Virus record (IMG/VR): IMGVR_UViG_3300022936_000008 | DNA from: an uncultured virus (IMG/VR IMGVR_UViG_3300022936_000008) | Taxonomy: Duplodnaviria; Heunggongvirae; Uroviricota; Caudoviricetes | DNA length: 64,000 nucleotides | Reading direction: 5' to 3' (one strand) | Part shown: piece after piece, positions 45,512 through 57,439 of the stretch | Numbering within the stretch: position 1 is the first letter of the stretch | Layout: each line of letters begins with the position of its first letter | The notes under the pieces: generated by a model | The model's database searches: none | The model's input: only the letters and a program-made list of their open reading frames with translations | What the model was told of the DNA's origin: nothing | Made by a program: the position numbers and the translations under genes

Positions 45512-45772
45512 ATGAAAAAATTATTAATTATATTGGCAGCAATTACTCTCACATCATGTGCAGACAGTAAAGAATTTGAAATTGACGGTAAAACAGTTAC
45601 AGTAGAGCCTTATGGATGGTTTAATCCCGAAATGAAAAATGACAGTATCATATACAAAGTTAATGTAGGGAATGTAGTTTGGAGTGTAATAGGGTTTGAA
45701 ACTATTGTGCTCCCTATTGTATTAACCGGAGATCAATTGTATGAACCTGTTGCTAAAAGAGAGAAAAAATGA
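45512..45772 (+). CDS. Lipoprotein
   Basis: MKKLLIILAAITLTS-C lipobox; hydrophobic C-terminal segment. Confidence 0.75.
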   Translation: MKKLLIILAAITLTSCADSKEFEIDGKTVTVEPYGWFNPEMKNDSIIYKVNVGNVVWSVIGFETIVLPIVLTGDQLYEPVAKREKK

Positions 45773-48700
45773 AAAGCGTATTAGTGTACATTTTATGTGT
45801 ATTATTCACCATTTTGCTCTTAGGTGGTATTTTTGCGGCGGTTTTATTTCCCGAAAAACTTCCAGATTGGATGGGATGGATAGTTGGTGTAGAACTATAT
45901 TTTGTATTTATGATAGTTTTAAACAGGCTACAATTTTGGATTTTAAAAGTATTAGGTATTAAACAACACGAATTATGACAATAAAAGTAATTATCAGAGA
46001 ATTTGAAAGAGGTTGGGGAAACAAAATTGATGAAATAAAAGAGTTTGACAACGTAGCTCAAGCTAATGAATTTGTCAAAAATTTCAACAGCAAAAACAAT
46101 TTAACAACTGTGCCTGATTGGTATATGACGGCAGAAATAGCATAAAAATCATGGAAATAACAGTAATAAAAAGAGGCTACAACATAGAACAAGTGTTTTT
46201 TGGAAAGCCATCAAACCAAATGGAAGAGTGGGTTGAACAGTTAAATAATAATCCATTAAATTCAGAACGTTATTCAATTGAAGAAAAATACACTCAAAAA
46301 AGTATTTATGAAATCGTTAACTTCTTAGAAATAGAGTAATGAAAAAACTAACCATACTCGTAGAAATCCGCGACCAACAAAACCAAGTCATAACTGACAG
46401 CGAAGGGAACAAGGTTTCCGACTTCAAATTCAATGAAGAATGGAACGAGATAACAGATGAACTTGCAGAGAGGTCTTTAAAGCGTTACTATAAGCAGTTT
46501 AAGGCAATTTCTCCCGAAAGTAATATCAACATATCACTTTTACAATTAAACACTTACAGTCAAACATATCCTTGCTTGTATTCTTTTTATGGCTCGGAAA
46601 GTAAATTCATAAAACACACTTAAAATGAAAACAATTAATATTAACGGCGAAAATTACACAATTGAAGAATTAACAGCTATCTTGGAAAAAGCGAAACAAT
46701 TATCACCAATGGATGAAGTTTATGCCTATCACAAAACAACTGAAAAAGAATTTGAAGAACTTTATAAAAATGTTTCTCAATTTTCAAAGTTTCAGGAAAG
46801 AGAGAGAATGATTGTAGATTTTTATAATAAGGGTGTTGTTCCGACCTTGAAAGATAAAAAATGGGTTTTATATTTAAATGAAGACAATACACTCGGTGTC
46901 GCCTACTCTGGTTGGACTTCTTACGTTTCCGCGCGCCTCTGCTTTTTAAGAGAAAGTGACGCAAAAAATGCTAAGGAGAGATTTTTAAAAGAGTATAAAG
47001 AAAGTAGATTATAATTATGGAAACAGCAAAATCTTTAGATAAGTCAAAATATTCAGACTCAGAAGTTGATAGAAAATGTGCAAGAAGTTGGAATTCATTT
47101 TACACAGTTATAGATCAACTATTTGAGGGTAAAGAAAAGCCAATCGGCTACAAAATTGAACAAGGAGGTATAACTTATATTTGGGAATAATTATGAACAT
47201 CAAAAAACAAAACCGCGAACAATTCCGTAAAGAAACCTGCTCTCACATAGAGAAAATCGGCGGAGAAAAACAGAACAGCTACGATAAAGACAGCACTCAA
47301 TATATCTTGAAAACACCAACAGGAAATTTACTTCTAACAGTGAGACATGAACCGTCAGAACTTCATTTTATTGCCGGAAATTTTGTAGGCAGCGAAGAAA
47401 AAGCAAAAGCTAAGTTTGGTCATTGGAAGTCGAATTACATCGTTAGTGAAGATAGGATGGATACACAGGATTGTATTTTAGGGTTTAAGAAGCATATTGA
47501 ATACTTAATGAGCTAATATTATGAAAGAATTTGAAAGCTTTGATGGAACAATAGAGAATCAATTCAGAGGAGATAAGTTATTTTTCTCAGATGCGGAGAC
47601 TTATAGTTCAGATTTTAAGTTGTTTGAAGAATTAGGCATGAAAAGATTTAAAACAGCGTACAAAGATCCACTTTACGTAGGTACTGTTGTTACTGAAGAC
47701 TACAAAGTAAAGTTAACAGTTGAATGTTGGCCTGCTCAATTTTGGACTTTTGAAATTTATAATAAAGATGCCGATTTAATGACATACAAAGGAAATACAG
47801 GAAGCGGGGCACTTTCAGATTTTTGGCCAACTATAAAACTTCTGGCAGAGGGTATGATTGATATTAAAATAGTAAATAACATAGAAATATGAAAACAAAT
47901 CAAGTAGCAAGAGGAGTAAGAGTTAAGCTAAATGAAAAATGGGAAGAAAAGTGTTTAGGAGATAAGCATCTTGCAGCAGAACCTGTAATATTTATTTCAG
48001 ATAATCATATTTATAACGATCAAAAGGGAGAGTATGTACATCTTCAAGGTGGAAGCGGGACAATAGGTGGATACGCTTATCTTGACCAATTAGAGTTGGA
48101 ATTTCCTTTACCTGAAGGCTCTCTATACCCATACGATCAATATTCAGGAGATGGATACGGTTGGAAAAAAGGAGCAATTGAATATTTTCTTAAAGAGCGG
48201 GAGAGAATTGAAGATATTATTAGAAATTTGGATGACAAAGCTCTACTTAATCACGAAATTAAAAAAATAGATGAACAGAGTTTATAAAATTACAACAGTT
48301 GTGTTTTTCATGTCATATTTTTTCATAGTTTTGTGGAATAATACAATCAACCCCTTTAACTTTAGCAAAGATTCAATTATCGTTTGGGCTATTGTTACGG
48401 GAGCTGCTTTTTGCGGAACTACTATTGCCAACTATTTAGAAGAAAACAGATGAAAACAAGAACGGAACTAGTAAACCTAATCATAAAAAAGGTAGGTGAA
48501 AGCAAAGACAACTTATTAGTGTTTGCTTGTATGGAGTATGATGATTTGGAATCAATTTATAATACGCTTTATAATGTTGCATAAACCCTGTCCATTTTGC
48601 TGTGTTGCGAATAGCGAGGATGTTGGAGGAGCCTGCTGTTTTTGTGATTATGGAGGAGATATAACAATTGGTAAAGGTGGACATTTTGACACTTTAGAAC

Positions 48701-50321
48701 AGTATAACCGTGTTGCTTTTTCTTCGCCGGAAAATAAAATCCGAGAGATAGAAAAATCAGAAATTAAAAAAGAGTATTTATGAAGACAATTTACATGGCA
48801 CAAACACTACAACTTTTGCTGCCAGAAAAACAAAAACAGCTAATAGCCTCATGAGCAGTTAAAGATTCAGAAGTAGGACAATATCTAATAATTAAAGAAG
48901 ATGAAAACAACGCTTAGAAAATTAGCATCAGAGATAAACTTTGAAGATAAGAAAATACAAAGCTATGTAGATTGGGAAGAATTGGCTAGAATTTTTGATA
49001 TCTCTGATTTAGATTGGAGTGAAGATAAAAGATTACAAGCTTACCACATGAGGACTTGGTACTGTACTGATTCGTATGTAGGGTGGAGAGCTTATTTTTT
49101 AGACGGCGAATTAGTTGCTTTTTCTAGCCAAATGGGGAGAAAATTTGATGAAGATTTTGAATTTATTTCTAAAGAATCTGCTCTAAAAGTTAGAGATTAT
49201 TTACATTCTTTAGTGCAGGAATCAGAGCAATTCGACCGATTTTCAATTGTAACAGGTTTAGATGAAGAAATTGACGATACATACAAAATTGATTTTAACA
49301 GCCAAATTTTACAGTCTAAGGCTTTATTAGACGGCGAAGAAGTAGAAATAATCAAAGAACGATACGATTATAAAGACATGCACTCAGTTAAAATCAAAAA
49401 TTCCGCCGGAAAAGAAAAAACGGTAAATTGTAGAGAATTAGACTTCAAATATAACACTTTAGACTAATGGATAAATTTTTTAAAAAAACAATAGAGAAAA
49501 CATTCAACCGCTGCATAGGACTTCAAAGTGCTTTACAAACCGCCGTGCGTAGCGAAGACAGCCGCCTAAAAGAAGGAGCACTAAGCAGTCTAGCCCATCA
49601 ATCAGGACTTAGAAGATTATTCATTGAAGAACATTTAACAGAAATATTAGCGTTATGACAGAAAATAGAAAAGTACAGGTGGTTATGTTAAATAGTGATA
49701 AAAACCAATTCGAAGGACTAGATGTCCACCAAGCGATAGAAAAAGTAGAAACTTTAAGAAAGATTTCGCCGCAAATAAAAAACAAACCCACTCTAAAATA
49801 CAACCCAACTTCAAAAGAAGTAAAAGAATACGGTGAGACTTTAGAGAAGTACGAACAAGAACTAGAAAGTTACAAAAACAAAAAAGAAACTGTTGACCAA
49901 TACAACAGAGAGCTTTACAACAACCTTGAACAGCATTTAAAGACAGAAGCAGGTTTATATAACATTCCAAAACAATCACAACAAAAAGTTTGGGAACTGG
50001 CTTGGAGAGAGGGACATTCATCAGGGTATAGCAGCGTCTATTATTGGTTGGAAGAATTAATTGAATTATTTTAAAATTATGGACAAAAAAGAACAGTTAA
50101 TAGAAAATCTTTGGAAAGAAAGGCATATGTTGGCCTATAAAGGTCGGGACACATTAGATCACGAATTGGCAATTGAGTATCTTAAAAATAATGATTTACA
50201 AAGTATGAAAGCCAATCTAAATATTTCTGATGAGGAATTTATAGGAGGGTTCGAGCTTTTGTCTGCCGCAGTAAATGATATAGAAACACTATATTTAGAT
50301 TATGATTGCGTTAACGATTGA
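45769..50321 (+). other. Run of short hypothetical ORFs (including 46339-46623, 46625-47014, 47521-47892, 47889-48287, 48901-49467, 49655-50074)
   Basis: ORF track, co-directional and tightly packed. Confidence 0.65.
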
Positions 50322-50374
50322 AACGGAAATCAGATTCGTAGAATTTATTGGGAGTGAAAAGCGTGTTAAAACGC
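50306..50374 (-). repeat. ~69-bp element, inverted copy of 44503-44570
   Basis: TTGCGTTAACGATTG...GAAAAGCGTGTTAAAACGC. Confidence 0.85.
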
Positions 50375-50417
50375 CACAAAAACTAAAAACCAATGCATCA
50401 CAAAAACAATAGGGGAT

Positions 50418-50837
50418 ATGGAAAATAATTTAGAGAATAAAGCAAAGTTTTTCGCTGCTTATTGGGGGCAATTAGTGTTGATGCAAAAAGACGGCTTAGG
50501 TGTAAAAAAATGCATTCAGGCTTATTGGGAAAAAACATTAGGTTCAAGATTTTTAGAATTAAAATCCCTTTCAGATATATCAGATGAAGATGCGAGACAA
50601 TTATCATCTAGGATTGGTAGAGTTGTAAGTTTAGATAGAATCATTCAAGAAAGTTGCATTGACCTAGTTAAAGAAGTAGTTTCAAACTATTCAAAAGTAA
50701 ATATGCTTTGGTCTTTGCCTGCGCAATTTACTGACAAGGCACGAGAATTGGGATACCTGATTGATTTCAACGGACTATCAACAGAAGAACTCATAAATCG
50801 CGGCTGGGCTGTAACAACTAATTTGAAAACTGAATAG
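50418..50837 (+). CDS. Hypothetical Bacteroidota-phage protein
   Basis: ENKAKFFAAYWGQ...LKSLSDISDEDA. Confidence 0.65.
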   Translation: MENNLENKAKFFAAYWGQLVLMQKDGLGVKKCIQAYWEKTLGSRFLELKSLSDISDEDARQLSSRIGRVVSLDRIIQESCIDLVKEVVSNYSKVNMLWSLPAQFTDKARELGYLIDFNGLSTEELINRGWAVTTNLKTE

Positions 50838-50839
50838 GG

Positions 50840-51289
50840 ATGAAAAATAGAGACGGCTTAGAAAATAGCAACCATTGGGCTACACCACCAGAATTTTACG
50901 AGGTTTTAAATAAAGAATTTAATTTTGACTTCGACCCTTGTCCATTGAATGGGGAACTTCAATTTGACGGTTTGTCCATTGAATGGGGAACTTCTAACTT
51001 TTGCAATCCGCCTTACGATAGGGTTAATAAACCTTTATTTATCAAAAAAGGCTTTGAAGAATGGAAAAAGGGAAAAACAGTAGTTTTCTTAATTCCAACA
51101 TCGACAGGAACGAAACAATTTCACGAATTAATTTTACCCAATGCTGAAATAAGATTTGTAAAAGGTAGAATATCATTTCACGGTTATAACACAAAAGGCG
51201 AGTTTTCAACAAAAAACAAAGGAAAGCACGACAGCATGATTGTAATTTTTAGAGGCTCCAACCACACAGTTAACACCACTAACAAATAA
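50840..51289 (+). CDS. Phage DNA N6-adenine methyltransferase (Dam, PF05869-type)
   Basis: WATPP, FDFDPCP, NPPY, EIRFVKGRISF. Confidence 0.9.
   Translation: MKNRDGLENSNHWATPPEFYEVLNKEFNFDFDPCPLNGELQFDGLSIEWGTSNFCNPPYDRVNKPLFIKKGFEEWKKGKTVVFLIPTSTGTKQFHELILPNAEIRFVKGRISFHGYNTKGEFSTKNKGKHDSMIVIFRGSNHTVNTTNK
50938..50994 (+). repeat. 23-bp perfect direct repeat inside the methylase gene
   Basis: TTGTCCATTGAATGGGGAACTTC at 50938-60 and 50972-94. Confidence 0.95.
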
Positions 51290-51295
51290 GAAATT

Positions 51296-52891
51296 ATGAA
51301 AATAGAAGAAATACAAGCAAGAATACAAGAAATTCTTAGCGATGAGCGTCTTTTTTATCCCGCAGCTACAGTATTTGAAAATGCACCACTAGCTTTAATT
51401 CAATACGGACTAGAAGTTGAATTGCGCACATTAGAAAATGTAATTGGTCGAGAGCTAACTAACGTAAATAAAATCCGAAAATCTAAATCATAACATAATG
51501 GAGAATACAACGAAAGAAGCAGCAAAGAAATACGCTGAACAAAATGTAACGCAAGTTTACAAATACCAAACCTTAGACGGTCAAAGAGACGATGTAGAAA
51601 AAGATTTCATTGCCGGCGCAAATTGGAAAGAGCAACAAAAGTTATCACAATTTGAGCAAATGAAAACGGCTTTGGAGCAAATCGCAAACGCTCCTTATCC
51701 ATACAACGAATATGAACGTTATTCATGGATTTCAACGGCTAGTACGTTAGCTAAAAAAACCCTCGCCCCACTCACAGAAACCAATGAAAAACCTTAACCA
51801 ATGAACACAAACAAAACGGTATTACACCACTATTTACCCGAAAAATTACAAGTCGTTTTAACTCATGATTTAACCGACGATTACTCTTGGCAAGACTGGA
51901 CGGAAAGCGTTAATGAAGATTCATTTAAACAAGGCGCTATTTGGACTCTTTCAGGCTTTACCGATCCGAAATTAAATATTTCTGCCGGAGAAGGAGAACT
52001 TAGCGAGTACATTCTGCAACGCGAAGACAGAACCTGGATTTCAGTCGATTCAAAATCATTCAAACCCGCGCTTCACAGTATGAACCGCCTAACTATGCCG
52101 CTTGAAAATGGGGAGATTCCGATTTTGCAACTTGCTAAGATTGGATACGAGGGGTATGATTCACAGGTTTGGGAACTTGACGTAGATAATTATTGCGTTT
52201 CGGGAAGCCTTGTTTTTGCTTATGATGAAAAAGGATTCAATGTTGCTTGTTATTACAACGGATCGCAGCCAGTAAAAAACCAACTCCAGCTTTTCCAATA
52301 CCTAATAAATAACCACTTTAATTGCTTCGGACTTTCGGAATCGGAGTACATCGAAAAATCAACTTTAAAAATTTAATTATGAGAAATAACGAGTTTTTAA
52401 ACAAATCTAAGAAAATATCAAAAGAGCTAAAAGAGCTTTCTTCTAACATGGAATTGGACGGCGTTAAGGGATTTCACGATAAAGCACGTGCCGAAATAAA
52501 TAAAAAGTACGGGAAATTCTGGCGGGAAAATCTAAGAATTGAAGATATCAACGCAAATGGAGAAAGTTTTGGTAAAATGAGTTATTATTAAATTAACCAA
52601 CCTTATGCTACATAAATGAGCATTTAAAATTAACCAACCTAGTGGCGTTTAGTCACTTTAAATTTAGAAATCATGAAATACTTAGAATTAGCAAAAAAAC
52701 AGTTCTTTAATTTAAAAGACGAAATATTAAATGAAGACCCTAATTCTATAGGAGCTGAAAGTGAGGAACATTACGAATTAGACGGTCGTAAATTAACAAT
52801 AAAAGTTGATGGATTCTGGGAAAAATCCACATGGTTTGGTTATAAAGTTTATGACGAATTCCTTGAAGAAATAGAATCGGGTAGTTACTAA
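51296..52891 (+). CDS. Hypothetical proteins (51296-51493, 51498-51797, 51801-52376, ~52379-52591, 52673-52891)
   Basis: ORF track. Confidence 0.6.
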
Positions 52892-52930
52892 CCACTCCCT
52901 TAACGGGTAAAATTAAATAGAACAGTTGTA

Positions 52931-52991
52931 GGGCGTTACCGCAAGGGTCGGGCTTTCGGCTGCACACGGTGCCTGCCTCTATCCCTAACGC
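52931..52991 (+). ncRNA. Flavo-1-like structured RNA/repeat element
   Basis: GGGCGTTACCGCAAGGGTCGGGCTTTC...CTATCCCTAACGC; GCGTTA/TAACGC closing helix; matches my recollection of the Flavobacterium element, not searched. Confidence 0.6.
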
Positions 52992-53045
52992 AAAAAAATT
53001 GAAATAAACCAAGCATTTTTAAAATATTAATTGTATATTTGCATT

Positions 53046-54704
53046 ATGAGCGACAAAAAGAAATCAGCAGCACTATTACCAAAAATAATTGCAGCTACAA
53101 CAGATGAAGAGGCTATACAGGTTTTAAATGACACTTTAGAACTGCTTTATCTTGGAGATGACTACCTAGAACTTTTAAAGTTAAAAAACCGTTTAAATGA
53201 GTTGAAATTAGACTTTAAAGAGATTGAAGATAGTTATAGAGCTGTTTCTTTTCCCCGCGAATATTCACAACTTGCCGAAATCAGAGATGAAATTGCTTTT
53301 CTTTACAGGACAACTAATGATGAATTAAGTTATGAAATCAACAGATGTAAACTCAGATGGTCGGACGAGGGAAAAACAGCAGTTAGAGCGCAATCAATTA
53401 TCGACGCTAAATGGAACGAAGAGTTAATAAAAGTAAACAATAACAAAGCTCTGTCTCTATCATCATTAGAAAGTGTTTACGGTATTACAGACGGCTATAA
53501 AGAGTATTTAGCACTAGCAAGTTCAAGTTATGGTTTGTTTCAAGAACTTATAGCGTTTTTTGCATCTATGAATAAGCTGTCTGATTCTGTGGCCTCACAA
53601 GCATCACACGCATTACAAATTTTAAATAGAGACGTGAAATAATGGGAACAATCGAAGAAGAAATAGAGTTTTCAAAAAGGCTTCTTGCTTTTGAAGATGA
53701 TTGGGATGACGATGGAGCATTAGCCTGTAATCCCGAAATATATCACAAATCTATAAAACTACTTAGGAATTATACCAACGGATTAAAGAGTTGTCAACCT
53801 CCTATGATAAATTTATGTAGGGATGGTTCAATAGATTTAGAATGGCAAGGAGAGGGAAATAAAGTTTTAATTGTTAACATTGTTAATCAAGCGGAGTTCG
53901 AGTATTGTTTTTATGGCCGCGAAAAAGACAAAGAAATAAAAGGGACTATAAAAAACTGGGAATTAGATAGTAAACTTAGGAAAATGATAAGAGAATGGAA
54001 GACTTAGTAACAATTGAAACAGGAAAATTAGCTAAGGAAAAAGGGTTTGATGAGCCTTGTGTAGCTTTTTATGATAGTTATAATGGAGCAAATCATTTAT
54101 TTTTAACTACAAGAGTGAAATCAACGTTTTTAGGAAAAATGTTAAACATAATCCCAGAAAGAATATTTGTAAATCATTCTCATTTAGAATATGTTGAAGG
54201 TAATAACACTACATTAGCCCCAACACAAGCCCAACTTCAAAAATGGCTCCGAGATGAACATAAATTAAGGGTGTTTGTTACTCAAGGAATATCGGGAAAC
54301 TTTAATTTTGAAATTTACAAGTGGAATTACGATAACCAAATTGGAAAATGGGAGAGAATTGGAAACATATCTTCAGTCGCAACATATGAAGATGCTTTAG
54401 AAAAAGGATTAATTAATGCGCTTAATCTAATTGAATTATGAAAATACAAAATTTAACAGCGGAACAATGCATCCACATAGCTAAAATTGCCGAGCCAACT
54501 ATTGATTGGAACTTTGTAGAGAATCAGCCAAATAAATGGGACGGTTTTGATTTGCTTGGAGAGAAGCAAGAAGATGGATCTTATGACGGAATATTTCAGA
54601 TTTCTTTTTCCGGCCATTTTTCATTTTTTGATGAGGGTTTGAATGAATATAAAGTTTCCGGGCAAGAAAAACAACAAATTATAAAATACTTAGAAAGTTT
54701 ATGA
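53046..54704 (+). CDS. Hypothetical proteins (53046-53642, 53642-54007, 53995-54441, 54438-54704)
   Basis: ORF track; TATATTTG promoter element at ~53034. Confidence 0.6.
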
Positions 54705-54876
54705 CACACAAAGAAGAAATGAAATGGCTCAAGGAGAACGACCCTATCACCTATTCGGAATTAACTTCTGACCCTACAGGAGTTGGCGATAGTGATGATA
54801 TAGGATGTAGTATGTTCTTTTTTATTATAGCTGTTGTTTTTGCTGCCGGATTTTTAATATATAAATAATAATAACC

Positions 54877-55668
54877 ATGACTGAAAAATTTGGATATAAA
54901 GGGACAGACAAAAACATGCAATGTAGAGGTGTGCAGTTTGAAATAGGAAAAACCTACTATTTGGATGAAAACAATAAAGTAATTGAATTACCTGAAAATT
55001 TAACCATCATCAAAAGTGGTAAAGTAGAATTGTGTAGTAAACACGCCATTCATTATTGTAATGAATTGGATCAAGTTTTTGCTCATTACTCTGAAAATGG
55101 TTCAAATAGATTTTTTAAAGTGGAAATTTTTGGTACTTTTGAAGATAGAAAAGACAAGTCAGGTACAAGATGTTTAAAATTTATTGAGGAAATTCCGCAA
55201 GAAACAATTACACAACTAAAAAAAGAAAAAGAAGAATTAGCCTTAGATGGAAGTATGAATCTAGCTCTAGTACAGAAGCTTCAAATAAAATATCCAAATC
55301 TAATTATAGGCGGTTCGATTAGTTTGTATTTACAAGGTACAAGGCTTAAAAGATTTGGAAAACAAGCTGTAGATTTAGATATAACACTTCCCTACTTTCA
55401 ACAGTTAGTTTCTTTTGATGATGTGGATGTAAGCGATGAAACTGAAGATAGACCTTATGGAAGTGACTATAGGGAAACTCTTTCTATTTGCAACGTAAAA
55501 GCTGATGTTAGGATTGACCCGGCACAAAAATACGAAACTGTAAAATATAAAGAATTCACTTACAAGGTAATTCCTATGACTACAATTATAAAAGCTAAAG
55601 TTGAATACTCTTTAACTAAGTGGGGAGAAAAGCATTTGAACGATTTAAAAGAATTAATATTAAGATAA
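54877..55668 (+). CDS. Fusion of a phage GYKG..CRG..FEIG domain with a nucleotidyltransferase-like domain
   Basis: IIGGSISLYLQG...DLDI...KADV, a pol-beta NTase signature. Confidence 0.6.
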   Translation: MTEKFGYKGTDKNMQCRGVQFEIGKTYYLDENNKVIELPENLTIIKSGKVELCSKHAIHYCNELDQVFAHYSENGSNRFFKVEIFGTFEDRKDKSGTRCLKFIEEIPQETITQLKKEKEELALDGSMNLALVQKLQIKYPNLIIGGSISLYLQGTRLKRFGKQAVDLDITLPYFQQLVSFDDVDVSDETEDRPYGSDYRETLSICNVKADVRIDPAQKYETVKYKEFTYKVIPMTTIIKAKVEYSLTKWGEKHLNDLKELILR

Positions 55669-56603
55669 TGAATCAAACAATTAAAAAGATTAACGAAGAA
55701 AGAGTATTATTTTTTGACATCGAAGATGTGCGCAGAAGTAAGGAATTAGACATAGATTCCAGAGAGTTTGAACTTTTTCGAAAGAAAACAAGAAAACGTG
55801 ATACTGATGAGTATTTATCAAATGATGAAGTTCTATCCGAGTATTCAAAAAAGGCGGCACTGAAAATGGGATATACAAAAATTGTATCCATCGGTGTAGG
55901 CTTTATTAAGGACGGCGAGTTGCACATCAAAGCATTAGATGGTGAGGAGGGGGATATTGTTAGGCAGTTTTGTGTAATTGCACAATCATTTGATTATGTA
56001 TGCGGTGCAAATATTGTAGCGTTTGATCTTCCCATGCTGTCTTTAAATGGCCTTAGATATTTCGATGTATCAGAAATATTACCAGATAGGTTTATCACAA
56101 ACGGTAAAAAACCTTGGGATTTAAAAGCAGTGATTGACCTAACCGATATTTTTAAGGGCACTCATTATGCCAATTCTACACTAGATGAAATGTGCTATCA
56201 CTTTGGGCTTCCGTCACCAAAAACTAATTTAGAGGGGAGTCAGGTTAGTGAAGAATATTGGACAAATGGTGTTGAGAAAATCAGTGAATATGTGAAAGAA
56301 GACGTATTAGCCTCGGTTAATGTATTTCGCAAAATGAGGTTTCAAGAGCCGTTTTTAAACTTTATAGATAAGAATAGCTCCCCTAAAGAAGTTCCACTCT
56401 TAGAACGCCTATATCAAAGTAATCTTTTTACGCCGGAAATAAAGGAACAACTACAACAAGAATTAGCTAAACAAGATTTAACGCCAGAAGATAAAAATAA
56501 TATTAAAAAAATCATTCTAGCCCACTATCAAACCAAGAAAGACAAGGTTGCAGTTAAGAAAGAAAAAGAGTCAGAAGTTGATAAATTCATACAAACTTTA
56601 TAA
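55668..56603 (+). CDS. DEDD 3'-5' exonuclease (PolB-proofreading-like, stand-alone)
   Basis: FFDIE, GANIVAFDLP, KPWD..IDL, YVKEDV. Confidence 0.85.
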   Translation: MNQTIKKINEERVLFFDIEDVRRSKELDIDSREFELFRKKTRKRDTDEYLSNDEVLSEYSKKAALKMGYTKIVSIGVGFIKDGELHIKALDGEEGDIVRQFCVIAQSFDYVCGANIVAFDLPMLSLNGLRYFDVSEILPDRFITNGKKPWDLKAVIDLTDIFKGTHYANSTLDEMCYHFGLPSPKTNLEGSQVSEEYWTNGVEKISEYVKEDVLASVNVFRKMRFQEPFLNFIDKNSSPKEVPLLERLYQSNLFTPEIKEQLQQELAKQDLTPEDKNNIKKIILAHYQTKKDKVAVKKEKESEVDKFIQTL

Positions 56604-57385
56604 TGATAAAATTACCACAAATATATACCGAAGAGGTTTGGGCAAGAACTAAAAATGAATTTAACAAACAGTATATTGGAAAATATTATCTTTCTTGGTC
56701 ACAGGTAGAATCTTTTAATGACAAATCAGGTTTTAATACTGGGCTTTTGGGGGAATATGAATATCTTTTAAAGTATTTCTGTGGGTATAAGTTTCCAGAC
56801 TTAGGATGGGGACAATTCGGCCAAGAGGCAGAGTGTTATATCACATTGAGGGATTCAGATCCCAAGTTGTTAGATGAAAAAACATGCACTGATTTACTAA
56901 ACTCATTTAATAATTTTTCACAGCCAGAAAAAAATAAACTTGAGGAAATTACTCCACTTGGAGTTTTTCAAGATGAGATTTGCTTTTACATTAAAGAGCT
57001 TGATATTATTGTTCTAGGTTATATAGATGACAGAAGTCCAGAAATAGATGGAAAAATTGAAATGCTCCGGGATTTTAAAACTAAGTCTGAAGCATCAAAG
57101 AAAGATTTACACGATGATAAAAAACATCAAATTGAACTCTATATTCTAGGACTAAGACAAAGAGGGTTAGAAGTCCAGAAAGCTGAGTATTGCATCATAG
57201 AAAGGCTTGGTGGAAAAGAGTGTATGAACGGTGGTGGTAGAGAATCGCTGTCAATAGGCAGTAGAATATGGTATGAGCCTTATAGTTGGACAGAAGAAAG
57301 ATTACTTAAAACTGAGCAGATGATCGTAGATACAGCCTTAAAGATTTCGAGTTTATTTTCTACATATGAAAAATATTTCAAATAA
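56603..57385 (+). CDS. PD-(D/E)xK (Cas4-like) exonuclease
   Basis: LSWSQ, GYID, DFKT, QIELY. Confidence 0.8.
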   Translation: MIKLPQIYTEEVWARTKNEFNKQYIGKYYLSWSQVESFNDKSGFNTGLLGEYEYLLKYFCGYKFPDLGWGQFGQEAECYITLRDSDPKLLDEKTCTDLLNSFNNFSQPEKNKLEEITPLGVFQDEICFYIKELDIIVLGYIDDRSPEIDGKIEMLRDFKTKSEASKKDLHDDKKHQIELYILGLRQRGLEVQKAEYCIIERLGGKECMNGGGRESLSIGSRIWYEPYSWTEERLLKTEQMIVDTALKISSLFSTYEKYFK

Positions 57386-57388
57386 TTC

Positions 57389-57419
57389 TTGCACACCTAA
57401 TAAATAAAACATATATTTG
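57389..57419 (+). promoter_or_regulatory. Host-type promoter TTG-N20-TATATTTG for the tRNA
   Basis: Bacteroidota consensus. Confidence 0.65.
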
Positions 57420-57439
57420 TGAGGTAGAAACCCATACCT

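Noticed and set aside
50938..50994. CRISPR mini-array
   Set aside because: Only two repeats with an 11-nt spacer, inside a coding gene; the Cas4-like nuclease is a common stand-alone phage gene
52590..52640. 14-bp direct repeat AAATTAACCAACCT x2
   Set aside because: Two AT-rich copies resembling a duplicated translation-initiation region; no further structure
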